From positions 449,970-513,969 of the forward strand of contig OZ199839.1 in the NCBI GenBank assembly GCA_964304625.1: a DNA stretch of 64,000 nucleotides, read 5' to 3'. This DNA is from Kudoa neothunni (lineage: Eukaryota > Animalia > Cnidaria). The position numbers were made by a program, and so were the translations under genes. Within the stretch, counting starts at the first letter, position 1; each line of letters starts with the position of its first letter. The notes below the pieces were generated by a model that was not told the origin of the DNA, did not search any database, and worked only from the letters and a program-made list of their open reading frames with translations. Below, in pieces: positions 24,801-38,900 of the stretch.

Positions 24801-26882
24801 AACCCTTTAACAAATCTACCAATAATATTAAATGTTAAAATTAGCAAAAGACAAAAAACAAAACTTATTGTTACTAACGTTAGAGGGGTCGAAGGCACTT
24901 AATTAAAATTCATAATCAAAAATTACCATCGTGTTTCTGATAGCCGTAAGAATATCATTTCTTGTAAGTCCCATAAGAGAGCTCATGCCGCTGACTTTTT
25001 TCCCGAAAACCTCATGAAATATATAGTAAATGCGAGCCCCACCACACCTTAAATTGAATTCGATTATTCTCGCATATTCACTCAACAAAATTACAATTCG
25101 GCTGTGGTAAGGTTCCTAGTTGTACCTCTAACTATATCAATATAGTTCGAAGAGAATTTTGTCAAAAGCTGGAGCAAAAGTTGCCTCTACATTTGGTATT
25201 AAACACCCTCAATATAAAAAGTGTTTGAGTCTTGCCTTATCTTGAATATTTTCACCATACGAATCTGCAATATGTTGAAACTGAGTCAATAGAGTTCCAA
25301 TACGAAGTTTCAACTCGGGAAGACACTTAACAATGTGTTCAAGAAGAATCTTAATTAGTTTATTGTTAGTTGGGAAATCTCAACCAATAGAAACTTTGCT
25401 CAAAGTCTCAACCAAATATGGGATTCCTTGCCAAGCAGCCAACAATGGATAATATTCGTTAAAATAATCTTTCTCATCTTTTAAAGCAGTTTGGATATCC
25501 TAATTGATATTTGGATAATTGGTAACAATTACAGTGATATTCTCCCAATCAAATCAAATCAAATCAAATCAAATTCAAATAAAATACTTTATTCTGTGTG
25601 ACATCTAAGTGACTACGATTTACAACACCAATAATTCCCAATTGCACATTAATCACTAATATTAAATAAATTCGCGTGAAAAATATCATTTACGATAGTT
25701 TATTATCAGATATTACATTTTCCAGTGAGTGTATCCATTGCGTTGGTCCCTTTGTCCATGATATCCAATTTGGTGATGACCGCTATGGTACGAATTCCTT
25801 TAAATGAAAAAAATAAATCAGTTAACTCGTGAAAGATCAACAGTAGGAATTATTGTGTAAATTGTGCAAAGTGGGATGATTGGATCCACATCATACCTGT
25901 AGGGTCAACCTGTTTGGCCAATTTTAGCGATTCAGATGTAGCTAGATCGACATTTCCGGGGGAAACCGCCAAAATGATTGAATTAGGATTTTTTATATAG
26001 TTGAAAACCATATCATAGATTTGAACCTCAATATCATCAGGTTGATCTCCGATGGGTATCTACCATAAAACTAATGCTAAAAAGGGCAATAAAACTTAAA
26101 GAAACTTTAGTTAAACCAGGCAAATCAACAAGAGTGAGATCAGTGACGGTTGGAGAATAGATTTTGAGTCGAATCGGTTCATCATTAACCAACTGTGGGT
26201 ATAATATAAGTTAGATAATAAATAACTTCCCATAATCAACAACTTTTCCATTTCCAGCCACTCTATTGGTTTCATTGATAATTTCTTGTTCGATATCTTC
26301 ATATTTGTCGAAAATCTTAGATAACAGTAAGAAAAGGTCGCTCACCTAAACAATATAACAAACATACTTTATTTGGTATGTGGAGAAAACAACCAAATTC
26401 CTTGTCAGTAATTTCACCATCAGAATTAGCTATTTGATCGGTGTTGAATGTAAAATATGATCAAAAATCAATTACAATCATTTAATTTAATGTTTTTGAT
26501 CGTGTTGGTCAAATCTAAAGACTGATTGAGCTTTTTCGAATTGATCAACTGTAATATCAAAGGTCTCCTGGTGACTATTCCCGTGCCTGAAAGACAAATA
26601 ATAAACATAAGCTGACAAATTAATAAATTCCCAAAAATGCCTACCTCTTGGAAGAAAATGTCTTCCTACAACTCCTTCCAACACAGAACTTTTTCCACTG
26701 CTCTATTTTAGTGGAAAAATCAACGTTAAAACCACCATTAGATTATTGTTGTTATTTGAAAACAATCCGTTTACACCTACCTGCGCTCCAACCACTACTA
26801 TCTGAGGTAGACCAATGTAATCCACCCCAGCAGTGTAAAAAATATCTTGCAATTTGTTGACCACAGGAATTAACTTTTCCAT
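21813..26882 (-). CDS. DNM1L: dynamin-1-like protein (DRP1, mitochondrial/peroxisomal fission GTPase)
   Basis: [121 protein letters not shown]-like middle domain..GED ([13 protein letters not shown]). No PH domain or PRD. Confidence 0.93.
23361..24439. mobile_element. pogo/Tigger-like MITE in the large DNM1L intron
   Basis: TIRs CAGTGCAACCTCGGA / TCTGAGGTTGCACTA. The internal sequence is homologous to the copy at 62148-62544. Confidence 0.75.
23561..24178. mobile_element. hAT MITE nested inside the pogo-like MITE
   Basis: TIRs CAGTGTTTCCCAAC / GTTGGGAAACACTG; TSD ATCTACCG/ATCTACTG. Confidence 0.85.
25549..25580. repeat. (CAAAT)n pentanucleotide repeat in a DNM1L intron
   Basis: CAAAT repeated about 5-6 times. 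Confidence 0.8.
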
Positions 26883-29185
26883 GATACGCGCAGCTATATT
26901 AGGCAAGACAAACTCTGAATTATATATTGACTCATATCCTGTTACGATATTATTTATAATTTGATATGTGTTATTTTTGATAATTTGTTCTTATTTGATA
27001 GTAAATTTACTTGTTGTTATATTATATAATGAATAAATTGTTAAATTTATTTGATTTTGATAAGTTTGCAATAAAATTATCATATTTTTTTAATAAATTT
27101 TGGATTTTTGTTTAAATCAGATAAAACTATAAAATGTGCTAATAATTATTAAATAATTGTATGGTTAACTATGTTTATTGCGTGGATGAAGATTGCGCAC
27201 TTTTCGCTGTGATTTATTATTTTGTCATTTTATTAAGATCAGCTCTCTCTCTCTCAAATTACGAGTCAAATATTGGATGTTCTTTTTTTAAATACTTTTT
27301 AAATTTATTAAAAAATGAATATTGCGTACTTTATTATTATTGCGCACCCTAACTCAATCTCTATATGAAGTTTACCGATGGATATTGTCACTTATTATAG
27401 GTAGCCTCTATTAAATTAAACATTAACATAACATCGAAACGTATTATTATTATTATTATTATCATTATTATTAAATGATTGTTACTTTTAGGAAATAAAA
27501 CAAAATTAGCCTAATTTATGGCTTTTGTTATTTTAAAATTTATAAAATTTATAAAAATTATTCAAGATTAATTATATTATCTACTATATAAATGTAATTA
27601 TTAGCATTTGCATCCCGAAAGATACTTTTTATAACTCTAAATATGCTCCGTACCAATAAATTTGTTAAAACCTTGGTTTCATCATTTGTTTTTGTTCTTT
27701 AAAACCGAGAAGATTTTTTGATTGTAAACGATAAGTGCTGATTTTGTTCATATATTGGAAATCTGTATTAGGGGGTATCGGACTCCAAACTTTCAACGTC
27801 TTTTCGCATTCGAAAACTCCCGATTCTTAGATCACATGATTTAACGTATTTTTAAATGTTGAGGGATGAAACAAAAATTAAAAAATCTGATTTAAAATGT
27901 GTTAACTATATCATGATTCGGCAACAATCGACCAAAGGACATATTGCTGCGCGCGCATTGTCAGGCTTAAGTAATTATCAAAAACATATAATCTTGATAA
28001 TTTTTAAATCTATACCATTTTTATGTTTATTAGAGAGTTTTTATTTTTTGTAAATTATTGCATATAAGGAGGAATAATATTTAGTGTAATTTTTTAAATT
28101 TTTGATAAATATTAATTTGGAAACTAGTTTATTTTTTTCCTTATAACGTTTATGTGTGTAAATATATATTAATTTAATCCTCGAATTCCTGGAGGTGACC
28201 AATCAACGCTTATTATATCAATAATTTTTACAAAATATTTTATTTCCTTTTGCCCTAGGCGTATTTTATAGGATAATGGTGCTCTTAAAAATACTTAAAT
28301 GGTGTAGTTTACGTTTAATTTTTTCGCTTAAAATAAAAAAAAAAGTCATACGCATACCTAAACCTGCCCATCATATAAATAATAACGGTTAGATGGTTAA
28401 AATACATAAAAAACCATTTTTGCAGTAAAATAAAAATTATAAATGTACTTGAATCTAGTAAGTTTTTCATTTCATTTTTTTGTTTCTCTAACCACTTGAT
28501 TCTGTTCACTAATTTAATTTTCCTTGCTAATCGCGCATATTATAATAATTTTGTTAAATTACACGTCACAAAAAGTAGTAATTTAAATATAATTGATAAG
28601 TTTAATTTAGACTATCTTATCGTAACTTAAAAATTCAAACTCTAAAATCCTTATACTAATTTTACTTCTTACGCATAGATTAATTTATAAAATACGAATT
28701 CATATATTTAACATATTTCGGCCAACAGGGAAAAGATTCCATGTTAAAATCATGGGTTTTATGAATGAAACATAATCTTAGCTTCTGAAATAATAATAAG
28801 AAGAAAAGTTCAAAAATGGAACTATAATAAAATAGTTTATCTCTAATTTTTCATGCTATTCAATGTGTATACAAGCATAATTATCCCCGTTCTTCGTACT
28901 TGCACAAATAAACCGAACAAAAATGCATCATTTATTTTTATTAAATTTTTTATATTTTAAAATGTAAAATATTAACTATATAATTTTGTTTTTAACCTTG
29001 AATGAAATGATTTTTATTATTTTAATACATTTTTGCGTGTGGTCACAATGGCCACCTCCAGGTATTCGTGTAAATTTTTACTCAGGTGTTTGGTGGTTAA
29101 TTATCTATCATTAATATAAAGTTATGGCTTTAAATTCGTCCTTTATTGAAAAGAAAATCACTAATCAATAAATAAGCCCGCTCAA

Positions 29186-31572
29186 CCCTCTAACGAACTC
29201 AATTTCCGACCACCCTCCAAAGAATTTTAGGGTTAAAATAACCATAGAGTTTTTTTAAGTTAATTGTAAAAATTGTTATGAGCTAACTTCGATGTTTTTA
29301 GAAAATTCTATGGTAAGAATTCCGAGAAAAATGGCAATCATTTCGCCATTTAATCCGCTTAACAAATGTTCCCCTCAATTCGAGCCGCATCGCTTATTAA
29401 GGAGTACGAAACGTCCGCATAAATCGGAAAAAATATAACACTCTTCCAACTTAACTTAAAAATTAATCGATTTTGATCAATTAAAACATTTTTTAGCTGC
29501 ATGGATTGAACAAAAAACACTGACATTTTAAACATTGTTTAAACGATTTGTTATCCTTTTTACGGGGACACAATGCACACCGTTCCTGCTTGGATTTTAT
29601 TGGATTTTATAGGGGGTTCAGCAGTTGTCTGGATACATATTGGATGAGATTTTTTGACTGATTTGTTTGTTTGAGGATTTTTATGTAGTAATGGTTGATA
29701 CAATGCCTCTGCCATATCCTTCAAAAAGGTTCGGCGTAGTTTAACATTATCATTGAATATATTTTTATAAAATTCAAAAACGTCTACTAATGATATGTCA
29801 ATAATATTGAAAAATACGGTCATCGACCATCTTCTCTATTAAATCTTCTTGTAGAAACAGATGACAACATTCTACCGATTGTATCTAAGCCTCCCTTAGT
29901 TTTGTTGTATCATATAATTGTATTTGACTTTTTTTCTCCGTTTATTCGGAAATCCTTACATTTGATATACTTGTAGACAACAGAATAACACATATTCTTC
30001 TTTTGTTAATGTAAGACGTTAACGTATTTTGTTGAAGAAGGCAAATGTGGTGCTGTATAGCTCTCTTTCTTTTGAGGGAAGAACACATGCAGGAAGATCT
30101 CTTCTATTATGACAAATGGTTCCCAAGTAAGTTAATTTTTTTTCTAACAACTTGGTTTCCAGTTTCATCGATGAAACGAAAATTTTAGCAACAATTGTTC
30201 TTCCTAAGTGAAACAATGGTTTTGTTAGAGATAAGACAATGCTCTCACCAACACTGAGGACCTGGTTTGTTTCGTCTTCATTTCTTCCAAGATTTGGAGA
30301 AATTTTTACCACGTATTCTCTGAAAGGATCTGCCGAAAGAAAAAACTTCAAACCATATTTTCTTGGTTTCAGTGGCATATACTGCCTAAATGGACACCTT
30401 CATTTGAACGGTACCAACTGTTCATCAACATTGACATCTTCATCAGGCGAAAACCATAATGGAAGTATTTCCACCCAAAAATTTCAAAGTTGACGAATTG
30501 GACAAAATTTATCGTGCACTCTTCTTTCAAGTCGAGTAGATAAATCATCAAAGTGTAAACTTCTTAGTGTTTGTCTAAATCGATTCTGGGAGAATAGTTG
30601 GCGATATATTTCTCTGTCTTTCGTTAGATTAAAAAGTTCATGCAGATGCTCTTCCCTATCTTTATGTAAACCCATCAAAATGAGAGTTCTCAAGAATCCC
30701 TTGAACTCTAACTCATCTAGATCAATCTATGAGTCTATACATTGATCTTTTCCAAATTAATTTATATGCTTCGTCACCTCATGGCATATTCCATTGGTAA
30801 ACAATATAAGAAAGCCATCCAAAATATTTTTAACTCTTTGTATTGCATATGCCGTGGGGGGGGGGGTTTCAGTGATTACACAATTCCATTTTTATTAATT
30901 GTATTATCTCCAACGAATTCGCTTTCCGATATTTGAATAAAAGATCATCTAACTCGTCACCTGACGATAGTATTTCTTCCCCTGAGTCATTATACACTAT
31001 AGCTGTTCACTTTATTTTATTTGTTTAAAAAATAACACGTGAGATATTTAAAATTTAAATAAAACAATCGTTTTGATACTTAAGAAATCAGACTCGAACT
31101 ATATGTCAATAGAGTTAAAAATTTAACATAATGAATTATATATTGGTTTATAGCCGAGTATCTTATAAATTATAATTTATAACTAACAAACGTAAACACA
31201 GACGTGATCGTGATCGATTTCATCGAAACTTCGCCGAAGCTATACGAGGTAGATTAAATGATGGAATGATTTCCATTTTTCTCGGAATTTTTATCATATA
31301 ATTTTCTAAAAATCTCCATATTAGCTCATAACAATTTTTTCAATTAATTTATGAAATATCTCAGGTGTCGTTTTAACTCCAAAATTCGTTGAAGGATGGA
31401 TTTTTTTTGGGAGGGAATTGTTCATATAATCATTTTAAAATTCTAAAATATGAAACTAAAAAGAAATTTAGGAACGCAACTAGAGTTTTAAATTTTTTTT
31501 TAGTGTGTGGAAGATTTTATAGTTGGATTAAAAGTGCTTTGGGGTGTAATCAACCTCAAATTCGTTAGAGGG
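29186..31572 (-). mobile_element. near full-length decayed piggyBac transposon
   Basis: TIRs CCCTCTAACGAA / TTCGTTAGAGGG with a degenerate TTAA TSD (TCAA/TAAA), plus long subterminal inverted repeats (~29270-29345 vs ~31265-31335). Fragmented transposase: LHFDD, VDEQLVPF..CPFRQYMPLKPRKYGLKF, GTICHNRR, YNKTKGGLDT, RWSMTVFF. Confidence 0.9.
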
Positions 31573-32090
31573 TAAAAGAAGTGTTAAAATGGTCAATTAT
31601 GTGATATATATTGGCCTATTTTCATCATATTTCTTTATTCTGATGTCATTAAAATTCCAAATTACGCTAAAATTAAAAAATAATGAATATTTGATATTCT
31701 TAATGTAAATGATGCTCTGGAAAATTACGTAAAACTGTTTATTTGCTGTGTGAATAAATTACAGACAAAATTTATTTTATTAATTTTGAAAATTCTATCA
31801 TATCGAGATGTATGATTCTCACCAAACATAAGGATGTGAGCACTCTCAACTGGCAAGTTCAACAATACACGTTCATCAGCATTGTAAATTATAATTTAAA
31901 AATTAAAGGTCGTAATCGAAGGGATTGTAATTTTTTTATAAATTATTCAAAAACATGAACTCTCAAAAAAATAATCCTCGTTGAAATAATACCAAAAATA
32001 TTAAAATAATAATAACTAATTGGTGAAAACGTTATACGCTTGAAATATACCAATAAAACAAAGAATTAAAATTAAGCGATACATTAAACA

Positions 32091-34420
32091 TCACCAACTG
32101 TATTTGTTGGTGTTGTTTGCATTGGTAAAATTGACGTCGCTGACCTTTGAATAAATTGAGGTTGGTTGCGAATTACCAGTGAGCTGAAGGGGTACTCCCA
32201 AACTAGAATCCAACCTTTCCGAATGAAATTTCTCTTCGCTGAGATTAAGTTTCTTTAATGACGAGGAAAAAGAACTCGAAGAATTAAATCGATCATCGTA
32301 CATCTTCTCAGTGGGGCTAGTTTTGTTGTAATTGGCGATGTCGCGATTTGAGTAGGGAGGCTGACTGTACAAGAAACTTGTAGTGCAAGCTGAGTTCATA
32401 TTATTATTATTATTATTGGTGTTGGGGTAGTGTGGTGAAATCTGGCTATTGTAGGATCCACTTGAATCGTAAGGTAGGTCAGAATTTCTAAAGTCACTCA
32501 TCATTGTTAGAATATCGATGTTGTTTCTGTAATATGGTATTCCATCACAGAAATTAATGTCTGAGGGATACAGTTGGTTTTGTATTGGAGCGCAAGGTGA
32601 TATGGGGTCATCAACGAACGAATTAGGCGTAAAATACAATGAAGAAGGACTTGTAGGTTGACACCCGGAGTCAATTATTTGTGGATTTAGATGGTAAAAA
32701 TAGTTGTTCGAACTTCCTTCTATATACAACGTTTAATATTCTTCACAGTGCAATTGATATTAATAAAAAGTTACTAGCGATTGAGTAGTTGTTTGGAAGT
32801 ACAATTTGTTGATGCTGCTGATAGACACCAGACGGCAAGCGTCTGTCAAAGCTATACAACGAGTTATGACTAAATGAATCGGCACTAGCATTGCTAGAGT
32901 TGTTATTGGGTTGGATACATAAAGAATTATGCATCAGCCTATTGGGATTATCTACTCTACCAAGAGTGCCCCATTTTTTAGATGTTTGAGCTGAGGCGAA
33001 TGTATCTGGACATTGATCGATGTGCCTTTTGCAACCTCCACTAGGATAGGTGAAACTTTGACTATGGAAACGATCATTTGATAATTCAGCGCAAGATTGA
33101 TTATTTGTTAACAACAATTTTCTATCTTCCAATATAGCATCTAGTCGATCTCTTGCCGAATAGCCCATAGTGGGTGGAACATCGAACGACGAGATAAAAG
33201 AAAAACTTGAGCTATCACGGAAAAAGTTCACATATGAACCAACTTTTTTTAGCAGCTTTTGTTTGAAGATAGGATTTTCAGTTTGTTCCCATCTACATAT
33301 AAAGATATTAACACAGTAATATACGAAGATTATCTATGATAGATTGTTACAGATTGATGTAGCCATTAGGAGATTTTTCCTCAATGGGGTAATTGTTTTT
33401 GAATAAAAACTCCCTGGTTCTACTGGGAATACGGCAAAATATTATCTCAGCCAGGTTGTAGATGTCAATTCCAAATTGACTCGGATGGACTTCAGGAAAG
33501 AATTGGCAGGTCTCACTCACTATACATTTTATCACCTCTAATGTTCCGAGGTGGATATCCAAATCGTTGTAATAGTTGCTGGAGACATTCTTTGGTCTCG
33601 GACCTCTTGCAATCAAATTTTTGTCGTCAGTCATATTCTTTGGCACCCACTTCTGAAAAATGTGTTATTGCTAAATCGTTTAATGTGTGTATGGTAGATC
33701 ATCTCTTTGTTGCCGAAACCAAATTTTGAATTTGGCTGTTTGCCTAATTGGGCCAAGATTTGTGCTCTCTACACTGAAACCTATTACTGTTATTCTTAAC
33801 AACAGTTTTGAAACCTAAATACATTTATAATTGTTCCCACTAATTGGGTTTGTTTTAAAACGATGTCAATTTTTCAACAAATCGTTAATCATACCAGTGA
33901 TACCACCAACAACCTAAGAGGGGAGAATTTTTCGAAAATATCAAGTTCATAAGTTTATTCTATTTAACTTATTTTTTCGAATGAAATAATTTGTTAAATC
34001 ATCATATTTATGTTTAGTCGGTTGATAAATCTTCTTAATTGGAAAATAATGTTAAGGTTATCCCCAAGTTAAAAGAGAAAATTAATTTAATTAGTGAGTG
34101 TAGTTTTTCCTGATCAAAAAGTCAATTATTCATTAGTTTTGTTGAAAATTACACCTTCATAATTTCGGCTAATACAATCCCTTCAGCTATCATGCTTTGG
34201 TTGAGCTCGTTTTGCGAGAACAATAATTTTCCACACTACCTCATTAGATGAGCTTTCAGAGAAGCCTCATATTTTTGTTTTGTGGTAGAAAAGTAATTGG
34301 CATCTGAAACATACGGCGAACAGTTTAAATCACCAAACTATACTAGCATAATCAACTTCCACCTGTGGGATGGTATTATAACGTGTGGGAAGGTGCGGGT
34401 GTTCTAAGCTAGTCACTGCG
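32091..34420 (-). CDS. uncharacterised multi-exon protein with long Ser/Asn/Pro-rich C-terminus; possible divergent calponin-homology-like N-terminus
   Basis: Long ORFs 32091-32729, 32743-33231 and 33347-33646 can be joined by short GT-AG introns. Further exon-like pieces upstream (MIAEGIVLAEIMK|VVGG). The 5' end is uncertain and may extend to ~35370. Confidence 0.55.
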
Positions 34421-35949
34421 CCCACACTTTTAGCGCCTTGGGTTGATTTATTATAATCAGTTGATCATGCAAATATGATTTTCCTATTCCATCACCAAAC
34501 AAAATCTTTGTTTGGTGTTTAATTTAAATAACGTGATTGTTTTAATCCTAAACTATGTGATTTGCCGATTTATTCAAGTTCACCACGGAGTACCTCTTGT
34601 ATATCCATACTTTCTAGATTGTTATCCACAAAAAATTAATTTTAAATAAAGTACACTATTGGTTTCACTGGTCTCGTTTACTTTATATGAATAGAAGACA
34701 GTCATACGATTAGACTATTAATCAAGAAATAATACATTTTATGCTGATAACAACAGAGGATATATGTACTCAATAAAAGCTAATCTACATTCAGAGAAGA
34801 TCCTCTCATAGAAATCTTTGGGGTTACCTTGTATTACTATCAAATATAAACCGATCACTTCACAGACTGGCGGCTCCTCTCGACCTATCACTCAGCCGGA
34901 AAAAGTTTTTCCCGTTATATCCTTTAACACCTGGCTAATAATGATTCAGTTAAACTTACCTGCCATAAATCTATTTTTCTACTTTTAAAGGTTCGCTTAA
35001 TTGCTTTAGTTATTTCGAAAAAATACAAGAACTATATGAAATTTACACCTACTATATGGTTATTTTGCCTCCAAAGTATGTACTAGATGACTTCGTAATT
35101 ATCTTCAAATAAATAGAGACAATTTTAATGGATTCCATTTCTGAAATTATGAGCTCAAGTTAAAGGAAATAACTGTTTAATGCAAGTTTATAAAATTGTC
35201 TAACGATTAGACATGTTTAGCTTCTGCTGAACAAATCGCAATTTCCGAGGAGAATTGAGGGTACCTGCTCAATAATTTACCAAAGCAATGTTGATGAACC
35301 TTTCACCTCCTAAAAGCGTTATTTTGGCGTCCTTATTTCTATTACACGTCCGTTTCGCGAGAGGCTGCATAAAGTGAGTCATTTTACCTTCAACTATACA
35401 ATGTGTATATTTTTTGCATACAAATAAACTTATAGATTGTTATCAGAACGATGTAATATTATATTCTCGAATAAGTTAAATTTTGAAGTAAAACCAGTCA
35501 TAGATGAAATACTACTTTCAGAAGCTTGTATCATCTAAATTAGCCGAGTCTATATCTAGTTTACTATTATAATTTAGAAAAATATAATTTTTAAAAGCGC
35601 TTAATAATAAAGAACCAATAATCTAACAATAATGAAACAAAGGTTATTTACCATGGTAATGGTTGGACATTAATTAGAATAAATAGATTAAATGCGACAT
35701 GAGCTCGACTAACTATTTAAAATAATTCTCCTAAAAATAGTGCACGAAATAATGTAATCAAAAATTTCGAAAAAAGCATATCTAATTCAGTGAAAATATA
35801 AGCTAATCTTGTTGGATGCAAGACTTAACGCAAACTATGAATTTTGAATTGAGATAAGTGCATTGAGAAAACAAGTAAAAAATAATACGAAGAAAATAAT
35901 ACAAGGTAATATAACAAAAAATAATCATCAAAAACACAATCGCAGTTTT

Positions 35950-38900
35950 TTACAGAGGGGTACGATTGATACCCTTGTCTTGAATGCTATCGGTTGCCTC
36001 TTTGGTTTGAGGTTTGTAGTTGGGGAATGCTACTTTGAATACATCATCATAGGTATTTGCGTAAAAAAAGGTTAATTTTCTGGTGATGGTTTCGTTGAGT
36101 TCTTCGATATCGCGCTTATTTTGTTGTGGGATAACCACGTATTTGAATCCGCTGCGAATCGCCTAACAAAAACCAGCAAATTTAAGTCGTAGGGATAAAC
36201 GATGCCAACAAAAAACATATCCAAAAAAATATATTACCGCTAGCAGTTTTTCTGCAAGACCGCCAACAGGAAGAACGCACTTGGAGAGACAGATTTCACC
36301 AGTCATACACAGATCCTTTCGTATGGGGGTGTTGGTAGCCAATGAGAGGAAAGATGTGGTGATGGCGATACCGGCGGATGGACCTTCTTTTTGCGGGGAA
36401 CCCTATCCATTTTTGGAGAAGCGATCGAAACAAAAATCAAAAATACGTCGGGAAAATGACAGTGAATGCGTGTAACATCAAAGAAATTATTATGTGGATC
36501 CAGTTTGTAAAGAAAGGACGAAGCAACACTCTTGGCTATTTGGCAACTTTCTTTCATTACCTCACCCAGATGACCAGTGATAATTATTCCTTCGGATGGT
36601 TTAACAATTCCGTTAGTGGTAGCATTTTCATTTCCACCACTTCCTGAATTGTCACTGTGAACTTTGGATGTTGGCACGCAGATGGATTCAATATAAAGAA
36701 CTCTTCCACCCAGTCCAGTATAAGACAAACCAGGAACAACGCCTACGGGGGCTTCTTCAAAATACTTTTCTTTATAGAACAATGGAGCACCGAGGTATTT
36801 GGATAGAACTTCCGCATTAATGGAAATTGGAGGTGTTTCGCCTTGTTGAATTTTTGTACTGGCTTTTCGATAAATCTACCCCAACATATTACTTATGTAT
36901 AAATTCACAAATAATAAATGTATATATGTATGTATATATATATTAATATGGAGTCGAAATTAATATTTAGTTGGTTTAACCATTACAAGATAGATAAAAA
37001 TTCCCACGCAATCATCATCTACAGGTCTAGAATATGTTAGTATGCTTTTGGCACAGCAAATATTACCAATATAATATATAATAAGTTCACTTTTTTTCGA
37101 GTTAAAAATGATATAACTTAAGCAAATGTACACTCAAATATATGTGCTTTAAATATGCGGCTTTATAATGCTAATAAGAAAAATACTCTCCAATGATTAA
37201 AAATGAAACTACGTAGATTTGGAAATTTCAACAAATATATAAAACCTTTTTATTTTTATTATAAGGGTTATAACAATTGGAGGAATTTTATTACTATATA
37301 CAAATTTAATCCTATATTTTAAGTTTTAATTATGTTTGATAATATCTGTTCAATCACCGAGTTCTTTTAAAAAAGAAATAACTATATAGAACGTATTCTA
37401 CATAATAATCCACATACGCAACATATTAAAGGGAATTTTAGAGATTAAAAATTTAGGTCGCGCAAGCAAGATTAATCTTGAATATAAAAATATTATGACC
37501 AAATAAATAAGGAATGTCTCCAAGTATAATATAATTTAATCCCCTTTATTAAGTAATAACTGAAATCAATACAGTAGGTAACCGATATTACACACATTCA
37601 TTAATACTACGAATTCAAAGATTACATTAGGTGATGCGTTTTATAATATTTTGATGATTGTAAAAAGTAAAAGTCTTTAGGGGTTAAGATCGGTTCGGTT
37701 TTGGGCAAAACTGAAAATTAAAAACCAAACCCGATTTTAAAGATCTATTTTTTCGTTAATATAATTTAGCTTGTATTATCAATTGATGCAGTATTTTAAA
37801 CAATGAATGATTAAAATATGTTTTCAGTTCAACATTTTTACATATTTTTCGCGTGAAAGACTTAAATTGATAATTAAAGAAATTATTTGAAAAATCGAAA
37901 ACCGGTTTAAAAATTACCCAACCGTCTATCTTAACCCCTAAAAGTCTTTAAAATATTTTTGCATTGAGCTTGGAGATTACCAACCTGTTATATGGCGTGA
38001 CTAACCTAACCGATGGTATGCTTTTTTTATGCCAAACCACGTAGATTTTATTTTTGTTCATAGGAAACGAGGGTAAATTTAAACTTTAGTTCAATTTTTA
38101 TAGAAATATTCGAAATAATGGGAAATTATTCCAAAATGCATCTCAGAGCGTAATAATAACCGTCATTAGACATTTTACAGTATACGTTGTATCCAAATTA
38201 TTTAGTAACGTGAACTTTTTTAAAATTTGTATGGTCAAAATATAAAAACATTTTTTTTCATACGGCGCTAAAAAAAGAAATAAAATAATACTTTTAATTC
38301 ATACAAACGAATAGTTATTAACTTTTATCCCAATGTAAAATTATATAAACATTTTATCCAAAAATGTGGTTTAAATAAAAATTCCTAATTATTGTTCAAC
38401 CAAATAATCTTAATAATGAATTTAATTATTTTAATCTGAAAATAAGTTGTATTACTCACGCTGAAAAATAAAGAAAATAACAATTCGTACATTCTAGATG
38501 CACAATATCCGTTGCAACGTTTGGTACATTTTTTTAAGGTCACAAGGGGATTACATACTATCGCTCACCAACTGTAGTTGCTTCACATTTTTCATGCTCT
38601 AAGGCAGTGTTTACCAACCTTTTTGGTTCACGCAACCCAAAACGACTAAGCTAAATGGATACGAACCCTAAAATGTATTAACTCTTAAACCATACCCTCG
38701 TGTAGATTGCACATCCAAAACCCGTGGGCCCTAAGACCCCACACATTCAAAAAACGCATTATGAGGATTAATTAGATCATTGGAAGGGTTTAACCGTTAA
38801 AAGCAAGGCAATGCGTACGTAGAAAAGTAACGTATATCATGAAATGAACATATATATTTTTGACTTAATGTATTTTAATGCTCGTCACAATTGTTGCATA

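Noticed and set aside
33700-33815. FKTVVKNN..FQCREHKS resembling a nuclear-receptor zinc finger
   Set aside because: The required cysteines are missing and that frame hits a stop.
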